This document shows positions 1 through 9,791 of a stretch of 64,000 bases of DNA, one piece after another. Origin of the DNA: an uncultured Candidatus Saccharibacteria bacterium (lineage in GTDB: Bacteria; Patescibacteriota; Minisyncoccia; Phycocordibacterales; Phycocordibacteraceae). Position numbers and translations under genes: made by a program. Where the stretch lies: NCBI GenBank assembly GCA_964391975.1, contig CAYMNZ010000001.1:198978-262977 (forward strand). The letters run 5' to 3'. The notes beneath the pieces were generated by a model. That model was not told where the DNA came from. It saw only the letters and a program-made list of their open reading frames with translations, and ran no database searches. The stretch's first letter is position 1. The number at the start of each line of letters is the position of its first letter.

Positions 1-801
1 AACCTGGTCACCAACCTTGAACATGGTACGAGGATCCTCGACGAGGCCCCAGTCGAGTTCACTGATGTGCACGAGGCCTTCGAGTCCAGCCTCGACTTTC
101 ACGAAGACGCCGAAGTCAACGGCACCCGTGACTTCGCCATCAACGACATCGCCCACCTGGTACTTGTCGACCAGAGAAGCCTTCTCCTGCTCCTCCTCAC
201 CAACACGCTCGGAGAAGATAAGTTTTGCCTCCTTCGGATCTGCGGTGATGATGCGCACCGCAAGCGTCTTGCCGGTGAGCTTCACGAGCTCACCAAAGAT
301 CTTCTCCTTGTCGCCTTCAGGAACGCGAGGGTAGTGATCCTTGTTCAACTGGGAAGCTGGAAGGAAGCCCTTGATACCCTGCCATGCAAGGATAAGACCA
401 CCCTTGTTTGCCTCTTCAACATCGAGGTTGTAGATGGTGCCTGCAGCAATGGCCTGCTCAGCCTCGCTCCAGATAGCAGCCTGACGAGCTTCCTTGAGCG
501 AGAGCTCGATGTAGCCGTCCTTACCAGCAGGGTCAACGACCTTAGCGGTGATGGTGTCGCCTGGGTTTGCCTTACGAAGCACATCGGCTGCGTTAAGGTA
601 CTCGCGGCCGTAAATCATTCCCGTTCCAAACGGAGGAAGATCAACGTAGAGGCGACCACGCACAAGTGCGATGATGGTGCCTTCGATAAGGTCCCCAACT
701 TTCGGTGGGGTAACAATCTGCTCTGCGAACTTGAACATTGGGTGTCCTGCTTCCACCGTGAGGGCGGGAACCGGGACTGCCGGCGCTTTTACTTCGGTCA
801 T
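1..801 (-). CDS. rpsA: 30S ribosomal protein S1 (partial; runs off window start)
   Basis: Minus-strand frame from ATG (complement of 799-801) gives MTEVKAPAV...GDLIEGTIIALVRGRLYVDL...GDTITAKVVD...GDVVDGEVTGAVDFGVFVKVEAGLEGLVHISEL, i.e. repeated S1/OB-fold modules. The frame stays open to the window edge. Listed + ORF 67..954 is its antisense shadow. Confidence 0.85.
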   Translation of the reverse strand, partial: MTEVKAPAVPVPALTVEAGHPMFKFAEQIVTPPKVGDLIEGTIIALVRGRLYVDLPPFGTGMIYGREYLNAADVLRKANPGDTITAKVVDPAGKDGYIELSLKEARQAAIWSEAEQAIAAGTIYNLDVEEANKGGLILAWQGIKGFLPASQLNKDHYPRVPEGDKEKIFGELVKLTGKTLAVRIITADPKEAKLIFSERVGEEEQEKASLVDKYQVGDVVDGEVTGAVDFGVFVKVEAGLEGLVHISELDWGLVEDPRTMFKVGDQV

Positions 802-961
802 ATAAATAGACAAGCGGGCCATGCGCTCCGGGGTGTTAAGGAACCTTTCGGTTCGCTAAGGGTTAGTCCCAGGGCGGCTCACAGGCTTCACGCTCGCAAC
901 GGGAAAACACTACCATATATGTCTTTCACCGTGAAGGAGCCTAAGGTAGGATGAGAAGACT

Positions 962-1753
962 ATGCCTGAAGACATCTTTGGCGATCCGCCTCCTCCAAAG
1001 TTCGAAGCAAAAGAATTCCCGGAGCCCTGGTTTGACGCCATCTATGAGGCGAACGCACATTACCCCCAATCAAGCGGCGGCATCGGCCTCAAGTTCCTCA
1101 ACGCTCTTATGAATAGCGGTTGGACGGGTCAAGAGATTATGGCCATTGAGCGCACGAAGTGGAGCTTCACTTCCGACCAAGCCGACGTCATGGCGAAGGG
1201 TCTGCGCGGGATGCACGTGACCTATGGGGTGCCCTGGACTGACACCGACCAGACTGAGGAACACAAGAAGGCGCTCGCGAAGCGGCATGAAGGCTACGAG
1301 CCAGAGATAAAAGAGATTGATTCGGAACGTATGGACCGCTATGCGGAAACTTCAACCAAGATAGTGAACGAGGTCTTCACCCGCATGCGAGAAGCCCTCG
1401 GCAGAGTTATATCCAATCCGAAGGAGGTGTTCCCAATCGTGCGTACCTATACGAAGCATGCGGCGGAGACTATCAGTGGGGACGAGGAATTTCTCGCGCG
1501 TTCGCAGGAGTACAAGGATATCCATCGGGCCTTCTATCTGAGCTTCAAGCCGGGCGAGTTTACGCACGAAGAGATACGGAAGAAATTGAAAGAAGACCCG
1601 AAGATACAGGAGGCACGGGCCATACTCGCGACCACGCTCATCAAGAAGGCGGGTGAAGCCACCGCAATTGACCCGGCGCTTGCTCAGTACGATGTCGAGA
1701 AGCGTGCACAAATCATTTCGCGACTGACAACGGCGGTCATGCCGTTTCTCTAG
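962..1753 (+). CDS. hypothetical protein, paralogue A of 2154..2966
   Basis: 263-aa ORF. It shares N-terminal PPPxF..EFP..WF.AI...NA.FP.SS.G....L.AL and C-terminal V..Y..HAA..I..D.E......Y...HRAF.LS blocks with ORF 2154..2966. No family recognised. Confidence 0.6.
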   Translation: MPEDIFGDPPPPKFEAKEFPEPWFDAIYEANAHYPQSSGGIGLKFLNALMNSGWTGQEIMAIERTKWSFTSDQADVMAKGLRGMHVTYGVPWTDTDQTEEHKKALAKRHEGYEPEIKEIDSERMDRYAETSTKIVNEVFTRMREALGRVISNPKEVFPIVRTYTKHAAETISGDEEFLARSQEYKDIHRAFYLSFKPGEFTHEEIRKKLKEDPKIQEARAILATTLIKKAGEATAIDPALAQYDVEKRAQIISRLTTAVMPFL

Positions 1754-2076
1754 GCGCTACGGCTGGGGAACTTAGCCTTAAGTCGCGCGAGCGCAGCTCC
1801 GTGGTTCTTCAGGATAATCAATTTAGTGAGTGCGATGATTTCGGAGTTATTATTCCTCACTCCTCCTTTCCTAATTTGTGGCGGTTTGAGGTCGAACATG
1901 CTGCAGATGTGGGAGATATCCGATTTTGAAATCCCAGTAAGCTCGAACATCATCTGCTGTGAACAGGTTTTAGCCATAGAACGGAACAGCTTGATGTCGT
2001 CTTCATCAAGGCGAGACTTAAGACGCTCACGCACTTCAGCCGCTGCTTTCGTAAGGGGCTGTTGTTCCTTATACAT
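1750..2076 (-). CDS. small putative helix-turn-helix (XRE-like) DNA-binding protein
   Basis: 108-aa ORF sitting between the two paralogues. Segment SQQMMFELTGISKSDISHI resembles helix2-turn-helix3 of XRE-type HTH. Its stop overlaps the stop of 962..1753 (convergent) and it is divergent from 2154..2966. Confidence 0.4.
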   Translation of the reverse strand: MYKEQQPLTKAAAEVRERLKSRLDEDDIKLFRSMAKTCSQQMMFELTGISKSDISHICSMFDLKPPQIRKGGVRNNNSEIIALTKLIILKNHGAALARLKAKFPSRSA

Positions 2077-2153
2077 ACGAGGAGTATAGCAAGGAGAAGT
2101 GTCTTCACAGGCACGTAGAGCCGTATCCCTAAAAGGAAGAAGGCGCTAGGATA

Positions 2154-2966
2154 TTGGATATGGCTGAGAAGATAACAGACGCGCACGAAAGAAACGACGC
2201 GCCCCCTCCTCGCGAGTTTCCTGCGTCCTGGTTCAAGGCCATCAAAGACGGGAACGCATTCTTTCCTTTCTCGAGCACAGGAGTATCTACATTTTTCCTC
2301 GACGCGCTTTTCGCGGAACACAGCAGTTTTGAAGAAATTGAGAAAGTAACGGAAGCAAAATACGCGACCAGTGATAAGCAGCGTCAGGACTTCATGATTT
2401 CGATGCATGAATTCCATGCCACGTACGCTACTCCAATCGCAGGCGAAGGCAGGGCAGAGGAACTAGATGATGATATCTACGAGCGCACCGGGAAGAGTTC
2501 CCCTGTCGTGCCGGTAGAATTATCCAAGAAGGGATTCGAGCGATTTATGGATGGATTAGTGCTTTCGCCCAAGATCGTGCTTGATTACTTTCGTGAGCAG
2601 GTCGGGCATCTTGTCGGTTCTGAGCAAGAGCTCTATACGGTCGTCAAAGCGTATATAGGGCATGCAGCGCACGTCATCAAGCATGACAAGGAGGTGAGGA
2701 AAGCCATGAAAGCCTACATGGAGGAACATCGGGCCTTCTCACTTTCTCCGCACATAGTGGATCATGAACGTGATCTCGACGCAGGAATTAACAATGCACG
2801 CGGGGAGGTTACCAGAGCCGTAATGTCTGGAATCCACAGCGCGCTCTCCGAAGATCCAGTGTTCGCGAATCGTACTCTTGCGGAACGAGAGCAGCTTATA
2901 GAGACGCTGGGCCTGGCGTACGGCAAGGTGCATCGCCGACCTCTGACTCCGGGCATCCTCCTCTAG
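2154..2966 (+). CDS. hypothetical protein, paralogue B of 962..1753
   Basis: 270-aa ORF with the same conserved blocks as 962..1753 (PPPREFPASWFKAIKDGNAFFPFSSTG...; VVKAYIGHAAHVIKHDKE...HRAFSLS). Confidence 0.6.
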   Translation: MDMAEKITDAHERNDAPPPREFPASWFKAIKDGNAFFPFSSTGVSTFFLDALFAEHSSFEEIEKVTEAKYATSDKQRQDFMISMHEFHATYATPIAGEGRAEELDDDIYERTGKSSPVVPVELSKKGFERFMDGLVLSPKIVLDYFREQVGHLVGSEQELYTVVKAYIGHAAHVIKHDKEVRKAMKAYMEEHRAFSLSPHIVDHERDLDAGINNARGEVTRAVMSGIHSALSEDPVFANRTLAEREQLIETLGLAYGKVHRRPLTPGILL

Positions 2967-2978
2967 AGAATGCGTTTG

Positions 2979-3014
2979 TTCTGTGAGACAAAACGTCTCA
3001 AACGCGCTATAATA
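2979..3014 (+). promoter_or_regulatory. palindrome TGAGACAAAACGTCTCA followed by TATAAT (-10-like) immediately upstream of 3024 gene
   Basis: Perfect 6-bp inverted repeat tgagac/gtctca at about 2983-2999. TATAAT at 3008-3013. AAGGA Shine-Dalgarno 4 nt before ATG 3024. The -10 lies too close to the SD for a standard leader, so the assignment is uncertain. Confidence 0.25.
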
Positions 3015-3023
3015 TAAGGAAAT

Positions 3024-3665
3024 ATGGTCATCACCCACCACGGCGGGCAGTGCTTCAAGGTAACCTTTGGTGACCTCACACTTGTCTTCGACCCCATAAG
3101 TAAGGGCGGCACACTGCCGTCAGTTCGCTTCGGTGCAGACATTGCGCTCGTCTCCCGCCAGCACAAAGATATGAATGGTGTTGATGAAGTTACCTATGGA
3201 GATAAGGAGCCCTTCGCCATCATGGGCCCCGGTGAATATGAATATAAAGGAGTGACCGTGCAGGGCTTCCTTACAAAGAGTGAGTACGGACTCGGTAAGG
3301 GACAGGAGACTGCGATGAACACGGTGTATGCGGTAAAGCTCGAGGGCATGACCTTGGTCCATCTTGGTGCACTCTCCGAAGCCTCACTCCCACCAGAAGC
3401 GAAAGAGGGAATTGATGAGATTGATGTGCTCTTTATTCCAGTCGGAGGCGAGGGAGTACTTGATGCGGCTAAGGCCGCTAAGCTCTCAACCATGCTCGAG
3501 CCAAAGCTCATCATTCCTATGCACTGGAGCGGGATGGGTAAGCCCAAGGCGCTCGAGAGCTATCTTAAGGAGGAGGGAGGGGAGAGCCAGAAGACCGATA
3601 AGCTCACCCTCAAGAAGAAGGATGCGGTTGACAAAGACGGTGATATAATCGTAATAACGCCTTAA
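3024..3665 (+). CDS. MBL-fold (Lactamase_B_3 / UPF0173-like) hydrolase homologue, possibly metal-site degenerate
   Basis: MVITHHGGQCFKVTFGDLTLVFDP... and C-terminal ...LIIPMHW match the beta-lactamase-fold 'metal-dependent hydrolase' layout. The canonical HxHxDH block appears replaced by SRQHKDMNG. Confidence 0.6.
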   Translation: MVITHHGGQCFKVTFGDLTLVFDPISKGGTLPSVRFGADIALVSRQHKDMNGVDEVTYGDKEPFAIMGPGEYEYKGVTVQGFLTKSEYGLGKGQETAMNTVYAVKLEGMTLVHLGALSEASLPPEAKEGIDEIDVLFIPVGGEGVLDAAKAAKLSTMLEPKLIIPMHWSGMGKPKALESYLKEEGGESQKTDKLTLKKKDAVDKDGDIIVITP

Positions 3666-3668
3666 CCT

Positions 3669-3998
3669 ATGAAAGACTACGTCGAACACCTTCGCGCTAA
3701 GCCTGAATCGGTCCGTCGCACCATAGCGTTCTCCGCTGCCGCTGCCATTGCTGCTGTCGTTGGTGCTGGCTGGATGATTGCACTCGTTTCTTCTGGCAAT
3801 CTTGCGATAGCACCTGTTTCCTCTACCGAGGAAGCTTCGGAAGCATTCGCTGAGACCCAGCAGCGCTTTGATGAGCTTGCTGGTGCCGCAAGCGCCTTCT
3901 ACTCCAGCCAAGGAGCTGCAGGTGTGACGGTCGTCGAGGACGAGGCCCCGGCACCCGCAGAGCCAGCTCCACAGGAAGCAAAGGTCCTGCATTTCTAA
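3669..3998 (+). CDS. hypothetical small membrane protein
   Basis: 109-aa ORF with one hydrophobic helix (AAAAIAAVVGAGWMIALV). Stop abuts the gyrA start (TAAATG). Confidence 0.5.
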   Translation: MKDYVEHLRAKPESVRRTIAFSAAAAIAAVVGAGWMIALVSSGNLAIAPVSSTEEASEAFAETQQRFDELAGAASAFYSSQGAAGVTVVEDEAPAPAEPAPQEAKVLHF

Positions 3999-6464
3999 AT
4001 GAAGCGGAAGGAGCAGGATGATGTCTCGCCGAGGACGGCGGCCCAGGTCATAGACCAGTCGATTACTGCAGAGATGCGGTCGAGTTACCTCGACTACGCG
4101 ATGTCGGTGATTACGTCGCGCGCGCTTCCCGATGTACGCGACGGCATGAAGCCGGTGCACCGCCGCATCCTCTACTCGATGCATGAGAACGGACTGCACG
4201 CTGGAGGGAAGACGAGGAAGTCGGCAACGGTGGTGGGAGACGTGATTGGCCGCTACCACCCGCACGGCGACACCGCTGTCTACGACGCGATGGTGAAGCT
4301 CGGTCAGGATTTCTCTACTCGCTATCCTTTAATCATTGGACAAGGAAACTTCGGTTCCATCGACGGTGACCCTCCTGCTGCCTATCGTTACACCGAAGCA
4401 AAGATGTCGAAGATTGGCGGCGAGATGCTCGCTGACCTCGACAAGGAGACCGTTGATTGGAATCCAAACTATGACGGAAGCCACAGAGAGCCCTCAGTTC
4501 TTCCAGCTGCAGCACCAGGACTTCTTCTAAACGGCACGCTCGGTATTGCCGTTGGTATGGCCACCAACATTCCTCCGCACAACCTGCGCGAAGTGGTAGG
4601 CGCAGCAATGCACCTCATTGATGAACCAGAAGCAACCACTGAGGACCTGTTGAAGTTTGTGCAGGGTCCTGACTTCCCACTCGGCGGCATTGCGTTTAAC
4701 CAGGCCGACATCAAGCACGCCTATTCTACCGGCAAGGGAGGTGTGGTGTGTCGCGGTGTTGCAGAGATAGTGGAGGAGAAGAAGGGAACCTCCATCATCA
4801 TTACCTCCATTCCATTCCGCGTGAACAAGGCGGACCTCATCACGCGCATGGCGGAGCTTGTGCGCGATAAGAAGCTCGAGGGCATCAAAGACCTTAGGGA
4901 CGAATCCGCTGAGGATATACGCGTCGTGGTGGAGCTTAAGGGTACCGCACACCCACAGGCAGTTTTGAATAATCTCTTCAAGCACACGGAGCTTGAGTCG
5001 ACCTTCCACTACAACATGCTGGCGCTTGTTGATGGCGTGCCCCAGACACTTTCTCTGAAGGGCATCCTTGAGCATTTCATTGAGCATCGCCGTGTCGTAG
5101 TGAAGCGCCGCACTGAGTTTGAACTCCGCAAAGCAGAAGAGCGCGAGCACATCTTGCTCGGTCTTTCCAAAGCGCTCGACCACATTGATGAGGTCATTGC
5201 CATCATCAAGAAGTCTAAGGACGTACCATCTGCTGACGAAGCGCTTCAGAAGAAGTTTGGTTTCTCTGAGCGACAGACCGCCGCGATTCTCGCTATGCGC
5301 CTTCAGACGCTCGCAGGACTTGAGCGCAAGAAGATTGATGACGAGCTCGCTGAAGTGCAGGAGACCATCAAGCGCCTCAAGAAGATTCTTTCCTCCGCCA
5401 AGAACATTCTTTCCGTGGTGCGTCAGGAGCTTGAGGCCGTTATCGAGAAGTATGGCGACGACCGCCGCACCAAGATTGTGAAGGGAGGCGTGAAGAACAT
5501 TTCGGTGGAAGACCTGGTGCCTGACGAGGAGAGCGTGCTCGTCATCACTCAGGGCGGCTACATAAAGCGCACCAACCCATCTGAATACAAGAAGCAGAAG
5601 CGCGGTGGCGTGGGTGTTGTTGATATGTCCACCAAGGAAGAGGATGTGGTGACGCAGTTCCTTGTAGCCTCCGCTCACTCCGAGCTTCTATTCTTCACCG
5701 ATTACGGAAAGGCGTACCAGACCAAGATGTATGACATCCCTGAAGGCCGCCGCGCCACCAAGGGAAAGAGCATTATGAACTTCCTCCCGCTTGCAGGAGA
5801 TGAGAAGGTAACCTCAGTACTTGCCGTTCCTAAGGGTGCTGCACGCGATGCACTCTCCGTATTCCTCATCACCGAAGGGGGTGTGGTGAAGAAGGTGGAA
5901 GCTAAGAACTTCGCTGACGTCAGGCGCTCGGGCATCATCGCTATCTCGCTTAAGGGCAAGGACCGCCTCGTCTCTGCGCACTTGGCTGAGAACGGCGACT
6001 CCATTTCTATAGTGACCTCGAAGGGTCAATCTATTCGCTTTGACGAAGCAGATGTGCGCGCGATGGGTCGCACGGCAGCAGGAGTGCGCGGTATGACGGT
6101 GAAGAAGGGAGACAGCGTGGTGTCCGCAGAAGTGGTGTCTGCAGCTGCAAAGAAGTCCACACTCCTCATCATCATGAGCAAGGGGTACGGCAAGAAGACC
6201 TCAATGGATGAGTACAAGGTGCAGGGACGCGGAGGCTCAGGCATCAAGACGGCGGAGGTAACCGCAAAGACCGGAGAGATTATTGGTGCCAAAGTGCTTA
6301 CTGGTGACGAAGAGCAGGATGAGGAGATTGTCGTTATTTCAAAGAAGGGTCAGGTGATTCGCTGTGCAGCTGGAGAGATTCCATCGCTTTCTCGCGCAAC
6401 GCAGGGCGTACGCATCATGAAAATGCGCGAAGGCGACTCCATCGCCTCAATGGTTGCGCTCTAA
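3999..6464 (+). CDS. gyrA: DNA gyrase subunit A
   Basis: 821 aa. ...[23 protein letters not shown]...[13 protein letters not shown]...AAYRYTEAK (active-site Tyr motif). C-terminal beta-pinwheel repeats. Confidence 0.95.
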   Translation: MKRKEQDDVSPRTAAQVIDQSITAEMRSSYLDYAMSVITSRALPDVRDGMKPVHRRILYSMHENGLHAGGKTRKSATVVGDVIGRYHPHGDTAVYDAMVKLGQDFSTRYPLIIGQGNFGSIDGDPPAAYRYTEAKMSKIGGEMLADLDKETVDWNPNYDGSHREPSVLPAAAPGLLLNGTLGIAVGMATNIPPHNLREVVGAAMHLIDEPEATTEDLLKFVQGPDFPLGGIAFNQADIKHAYSTGKGGVVCRGVAEIVEEKKGTSIIITSIPFRVNKADLITRMAELVRDKKLEGIKDLRDESAEDIRVVVELKGTAHPQAVLNNLFKHTELESTFHYNMLALVDGVPQTLSLKGILEHFIEHRRVVVKRRTEFELRKAEEREHILLGLSKALDHIDEVIAIIKKSKDVPSADEALQKKFGFSERQTAAILAMRLQTLAGLERKKIDDELAEVQETIKRLKKILSSAKNILSVVRQELEAVIEKYGDDRRTKIVKGGVKNISVEDLVPDEESVLVITQGGYIKRTNPSEYKKQKRGGVGVVDMSTKEEDVVTQFLVASAHSELLFFTDYGKAYQTKMYDIPEGRRATKGKSIMNFLPLAGDEKVTSVLAVPKGAARDALSVFLITEGGVVKKVEAKNFADVRRSGIIAISLKGKDRLVSAHLAENGDSISIVTSKGQSIRFDEADVRAMGRTAAGVRGMTVKKGDSVVSAEVVSAAAKKSTLLIIMSKGYGKKTSMDEYKVQGRGGSGIKTAEVTAKTGEIIGAKVLTGDEEQDEEIVVISKKGQVIRCAAGEIPSLSRATQGVRIMKMREGDSIASMVAL

Positions 6465-6481
6465 CGCTGCTGCTGTTGATT

Positions 6482-6514
6482 GCACGCGCCTCTTCTGGGG
6501 CGCGTGCTATTTTA
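6482..6514 (+). terminator. Rho-independent terminator after gyrA
   Basis: gcacgcgcc-tcttctg-ggcgcgtgc 9-bp GC stem followed by TATTTTAT. Confidence 0.55.
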
Positions 6515-6519
6515 TAGGT

Positions 6520-7053
6520 ATGCACTTTGCTGATCCGACCGCCAACATCCTCCAAATGGGGCTTCGTGAGGGAATGAAGATTGCCGACCTTGGCGCCGGC
6601 TCTGGCCACTACGCTCTTGCGGCTGCAAATATCGCAGGGAAGAGTGGTCGCGTGTATGCCGTCGATGTTCAGGAGGATGTGTTGAAGCACATCCGGGACA
6701 AGGCTACAGACCGCGGACTTGCCAACGTCGATACCGTCTGGGGCAACATCGAGAAGCCAGGAGGCACCAAGCTCAAGGATGCGTCCATTGATGCAGTTAT
6801 CCTTTCAAACACGCTCTTCCAGCTCGAGAGCAAGGAAGCGGTAGTGACCGAAATTAAGCGCATTCTCAAACCCGGTGGCAGGGTGCTCGTGGTTGATTGG
6901 GCAGGCGCGTACGGGGGACTCGGTCCACACCCAGACCACGTTGTCCCAGAGGAGGTCGCGCAAAAGATATTCATTGACGCTGGATTCCATAAGCAGAAGG
7001 CCTTCAGCGGCGGTCCGCACCATTACTCACTTCTCTTTACTACTGCGCCATGA
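6520..7053 (+). CDS. class I SAM-dependent methyltransferase
   Basis: Motif I ADLGAGSGHYALAAA and ...ILKPGGRVLVVDW. Start moved to ATG 6520 (MHFADP...) to avoid overlap with gyrA and the terminator. Confidence 0.75.
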   Translation: MHFADPTANILQMGLREGMKIADLGAGSGHYALAAANIAGKSGRVYAVDVQEDVLKHIRDKATDRGLANVDTVWGNIEKPGGTKLKDASIDAVILSNTLFQLESKEAVVTEIKRILKPGGRVLVVDWAGAYGGLGPHPDHVVPEEVAQKIFIDAGFHKQKAFSGGPHHYSLLFTTAP

Positions 7054-8339
7054 AGCCCTTCCAAACCATCGTCCTTGTTGCGTGCGGGTTCCTCGCGCTC
7101 TTAGGCCTCTTTCTCTTCGCTACCTTCAATGGCGGAGGTAATGGTGGTGTGCCAGTAGGGCCCGTGACCATCTGGGGACCGCTTCCTGCTGACGCAGTGT
7201 ACGAGGGCATTGAGAACTTGAAGGGCACCAACAAGGAATTCCAAGAAATTACCTACATTGAGAAAGACCCAGCAACACTTGAGTCGGATCTTGCTGAGGC
7301 GCTTGCGGGAGGCTACGGTCCTGATCTCGTTATCATTTCGCAGGAACAGATTCTCTCGCAGGCAGGGAAGTTGAGCATCATTCCGTTTGAAAGTGTTTCA
7401 GAACGCACCTTCGTCAGTACGTATCTTCCAATAACCGAGCTCTATCTCACGGACACGGGCTTCTATGGCTTCCCGATTACGGTTGACCCCTTGGTCGTGT
7501 ACTACAACCGCACGCTCCTCTCCAACGCAGGACTTCCACTCCCACCAAACCTGTGGGAAGTGGTGACGGCGCTCGCCGACCGACTAACGCAACTGCAGCC
7601 AGATCAGAGCATTGAGAAGAGCGCGATTGCACTTGGTGAGTACGGGAACGTCGCCAACGCACGAGCCATCGTCTCGCTCCTCCTTCTGCAATCCGGAAGC
7701 ACTATCACCACCAAGGAAGCTGGACGAGTACGTTCAACGCTCTCTGCTGGAACGTCAGCAAGTGGGAATGCGCCTGCAGTGTCGGCTATGAACTTCTACA
7801 CACAGTTTGCAAACCCGGTGAAAACCGTTTACTCCTGGAACCGCTCCCTCCCGAACTCGCGCCTTGCGTTTCTTTCAGGCGACCTCGCGCTCTACATTGG
7901 CTTTGCGTCCGAACGGAAGTACCTTGCCGCTGCCAACCCCAACCTCGACTTCGACATGGCACCGATTCCGCAGCCAGGCACTGCAGCGAACCCTAAGACC
8001 TACGGACTTGCCTATGCGTTTGCGATTCCGAAAGCAGCAGCAAACTTTGAGGGAGCGTTCCGCACCGCCGTTGCCCTTACCTTCCATGACCCACTCAAGA
8101 TTATCTCGGAGGGCTCCGGTATGGCGCCAGCCCAGAGGGTGATGTTGAACGACACGCCGGACCGCTTTACTGAGCTTTTCTATCCGCAGGCACTTATCGC
8201 GTCCGGCTGGCTCTCCCCAGCACCTCGGGTAACTGACACAATCTTCTCTGCTATGATTGAAAACATAACCACCGGCCGGAAGGACGTAGCAGAGTCCCTC
8301 TCGTCGGCGGAACTGACCCTGAACGCGGCACTGCCATGA
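7050..8339 (+). CDS. extracellular solute-binding protein (ABC-type, family 1-like), N-terminal membrane anchor
   Basis: N-terminal TM/signal. PVTIWGPLPADAVYEG...GGYGPDLVIISQEQI...LSIIPFES resembles periplasmic-binding-protein fold. No permease or ATPase adjacent. Stop overlaps the start of the first pilin-like gene. Confidence 0.55.
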   Translation: MKPFQTIVLVACGFLALLGLFLFATFNGGGNGGVPVGPVTIWGPLPADAVYEGIENLKGTNKEFQEITYIEKDPATLESDLAEALAGGYGPDLVIISQEQILSQAGKLSIIPFESVSERTFVSTYLPITELYLTDTGFYGFPITVDPLVVYYNRTLLSNAGLPLPPNLWEVVTALADRLTQLQPDQSIEKSAIALGEYGNVANARAIVSLLLLQSGSTITTKEAGRVRSTLSAGTSASGNAPAVSAMNFYTQFANPVKTVYSWNRSLPNSRLAFLSGDLALYIGFASERKYLAAANPNLDFDMAPIPQPGTAANPKTYGLAYAFAIPKAAANFEGAFRTAVALTFHDPLKIISEGSGMAPAQRVMLNDTPDRFTELFYPQALIASGWLSPAPRVTDTIFSAMIENITTGRKDVAESLSSAELTLNAALP

Positions 8340-8968
8340 TTTCACGCCTCTCGTTCCTCATTCTCCTTTTTGCACTCTCGCTCGCGGTAGTACCGGTTTC
8401 AGCAGATGCGCTTGAGTGCGACGGACAGGTGTGTCTGCAGCCTGGCATGGTCTGTGCAGGACCTGAAGGCTCACAGTACTGTCAGTTGCCGGCAGCAGAA
8501 CCGACAGGTGTCTCTTGTGGTACTAAAACGTGTGATGGCGGGGAAATTTGCTGCAACGCACCTCAGTTCCCTAACGCGCCGTTCTGTTCAACGCAGTCCA
8601 CGTGTACTGCTATACAAAATCAGGCTACCCAGCCCAACACCACTCCTTCTCCCAGTACCGGAGACGTTACGGACAATAATAATAGTGAGGGAAGTAACAG
8701 CGGCGTCGCACTCATCAACCCGCTTAAGGTAGACACGGTCCCTGAGTTCCTCGCGCTCATCCTTGCAGCGGTCGTGAACCTCGGCACCATCATCCTCGTT
8801 CTCATGCTCGTGTATGTGGGCTTCCTCTTCGTGGTCGCGCAAGGAAACGAAGAGAAATTGCAGAACGCAAAATCCGCGCTTCTGTGGACGGTGGTGGGAG
8901 GTTTGGTGCTCCTTGGTGCCCAGGCCATCTCGCTTGTCATTCAGGCCACCGTAGGCAGCCTCCAGTAA
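8336..8968 (+). CDS. VirB2/TrbC-like pilin paralogue with N-terminal secreted Cys-rich domain
   Basis: Signal peptide. Cys-rich block (CDGQVCLQPGMVCAG...CGTKTCDGGEICC...). Ser/Thr/Asn linker. C-terminal two-TM module (LILAAVVNLGTIILVLMLVYVGFLFVVAQGNEEKLQNAKSALLWTVVGGLVLLGAQAISLVIQ) with the same topology as the following paralogues. Confidence 0.6.
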   Translation: MISRLSFLILLFALSLAVVPVSADALECDGQVCLQPGMVCAGPEGSQYCQLPAAEPTGVSCGTKTCDGGEICCNAPQFPNAPFCSTQSTCTAIQNQATQPNTTPSPSTGDVTDNNNSEGSNSGVALINPLKVDTVPEFLALILAAVVNLGTIILVLMLVYVGFLFVVAQGNEEKLQNAKSALLWTVVGGLVLLGAQAISLVIQATVGSLQ

Positions 8969-8971
8969 GCC

Positions 8972-9217
8972 ATGACCTTCGCCGACCTCGTCAACCAGCA
9001 CTTCGTTCCCTTCGTCGACTACGCGATTATCCCGCTTCTCTACGCGCTCGCGTTCATCTTCTTTCTTATCGGTATCGTACGTCTGTTGTTCTCGCTTGAG
9101 GAAGAGAAGCGCAACGAAGGCAAGAAGTTCGTGCTCTGGGGCCTTCTTGGCATGGTGGTGCTGTTTGCCGTCTGGGGCATTGTAAAGATGCTTCTCGGGG
9201 TCTTAACCGGTGCGTGA
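8972..9217 (+). CDS. VirB2/TrbC-like two-TM pilin paralogue
   Basis: 81 aa. TM1-charged loop (FSLEEEKRNEGKKFVLWG)-TM2 (LLGMVVLFAVWGIVKMLLGV). Shares motif with neighbours. Confidence 0.65.
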   Translation: MTFADLVNQHFVPFVDYAIIPLLYALAFIFFLIGIVRLLFSLEEEKRNEGKKFVLWGLLGMVVLFAVWGIVKMLLGVLTGA

Positions 9218-9707
9218 TACCATAATTCCTATGCAGCAACTTTCACTCTTCTTCATCAACATCGTCAAGATTATCGATGTGGTAATCGTGCCGGTCATCT
9301 TTTCGGTGGCCTTTGTGGTGTTCCTTTGGGGAGTATTCCGCTACTTCATCGCAGGGGCAGGCGACGAGGAGAAGCGCAAGGAAGGTCGCACGTTCATCAC
9401 CTGGGGCATCATTGGTTTCTTCCTTATGTTTGCCGTCTGGGGCATCGTGAACCTGCTCATCAACTCGCTTGGCTTTGATACAAAGACGCGCCCAATGCTC
9501 CCGCTCTTTGGTAGCGGAGGAGGGGCAGCGGGGGAACAGTATGCACAGGGTTACGCCGTCCAGAGTCAGGGTACGATCGGAGCAGGGATACCTCCAATCG
9601 GTGCAACCGCAGGAAGCTGTGGCGTCATGGGAGTCAGTGCGCTTGGCTTGTGCCCGCAGTACTTTGACTGCGTTAATAACGTCTGTACGAACCGAGACGG
9701 GGATTAG
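9210..9707 (+). CDS. VirB2/TrbC-like pilin paralogue with C-terminal Gly/Cys-rich tail
   Basis: Core VFLWGVFRYFIAGAGDEEKRKEGRTFITWGIIGFFLMFAVWGIVNLL plus tail ...CGVMGVSALGLCPQYFDCVNNVCTN. 8-nt overlap with the previous gene. Confidence 0.65.
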   Translation: MRDTIIPMQQLSLFFINIVKIIDVVIVPVIFSVAFVVFLWGVFRYFIAGAGDEEKRKEGRTFITWGIIGFFLMFAVWGIVNLLINSLGFDTKTRPMLPLFGSGGGAAGEQYAQGYAVQSQGTIGAGIPPIGATAGSCGVMGVSALGLCPQYFDCVNNVCTNRDGD

Positions 9708-9791
9708 TGTGTTTTCCACACAGCGCACTGACCTCTATTGACTCGTAGGTAAGGCGCCGTATCCTATACAAGTACTCACTACCCATATCTC

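Noticed and set aside
67-954. 295-aa plus-strand ORF at the window start
   Set aside because: It is the antisense shadow of rpsA. The minus-strand frame gives unmistakable S1-domain repeats. The plus-strand product is low-complexity (LLLLLTNTLGEDKF...).
4527-5678. 383-aa minus-strand ORF inside gyrA
   Set aside because: Antisense to a highly conserved gyrA segment. No recognisable motifs. High-GC frame artefact.
6454-6519. Upstream extension of the methyltransferase ORF overlapping gyrA stop and the terminator hairpin
   Set aside because: The extension spans an intrinsic terminator and overlaps gyrA. ATG at 6520 gives a clean start just before methyltransferase motif I.
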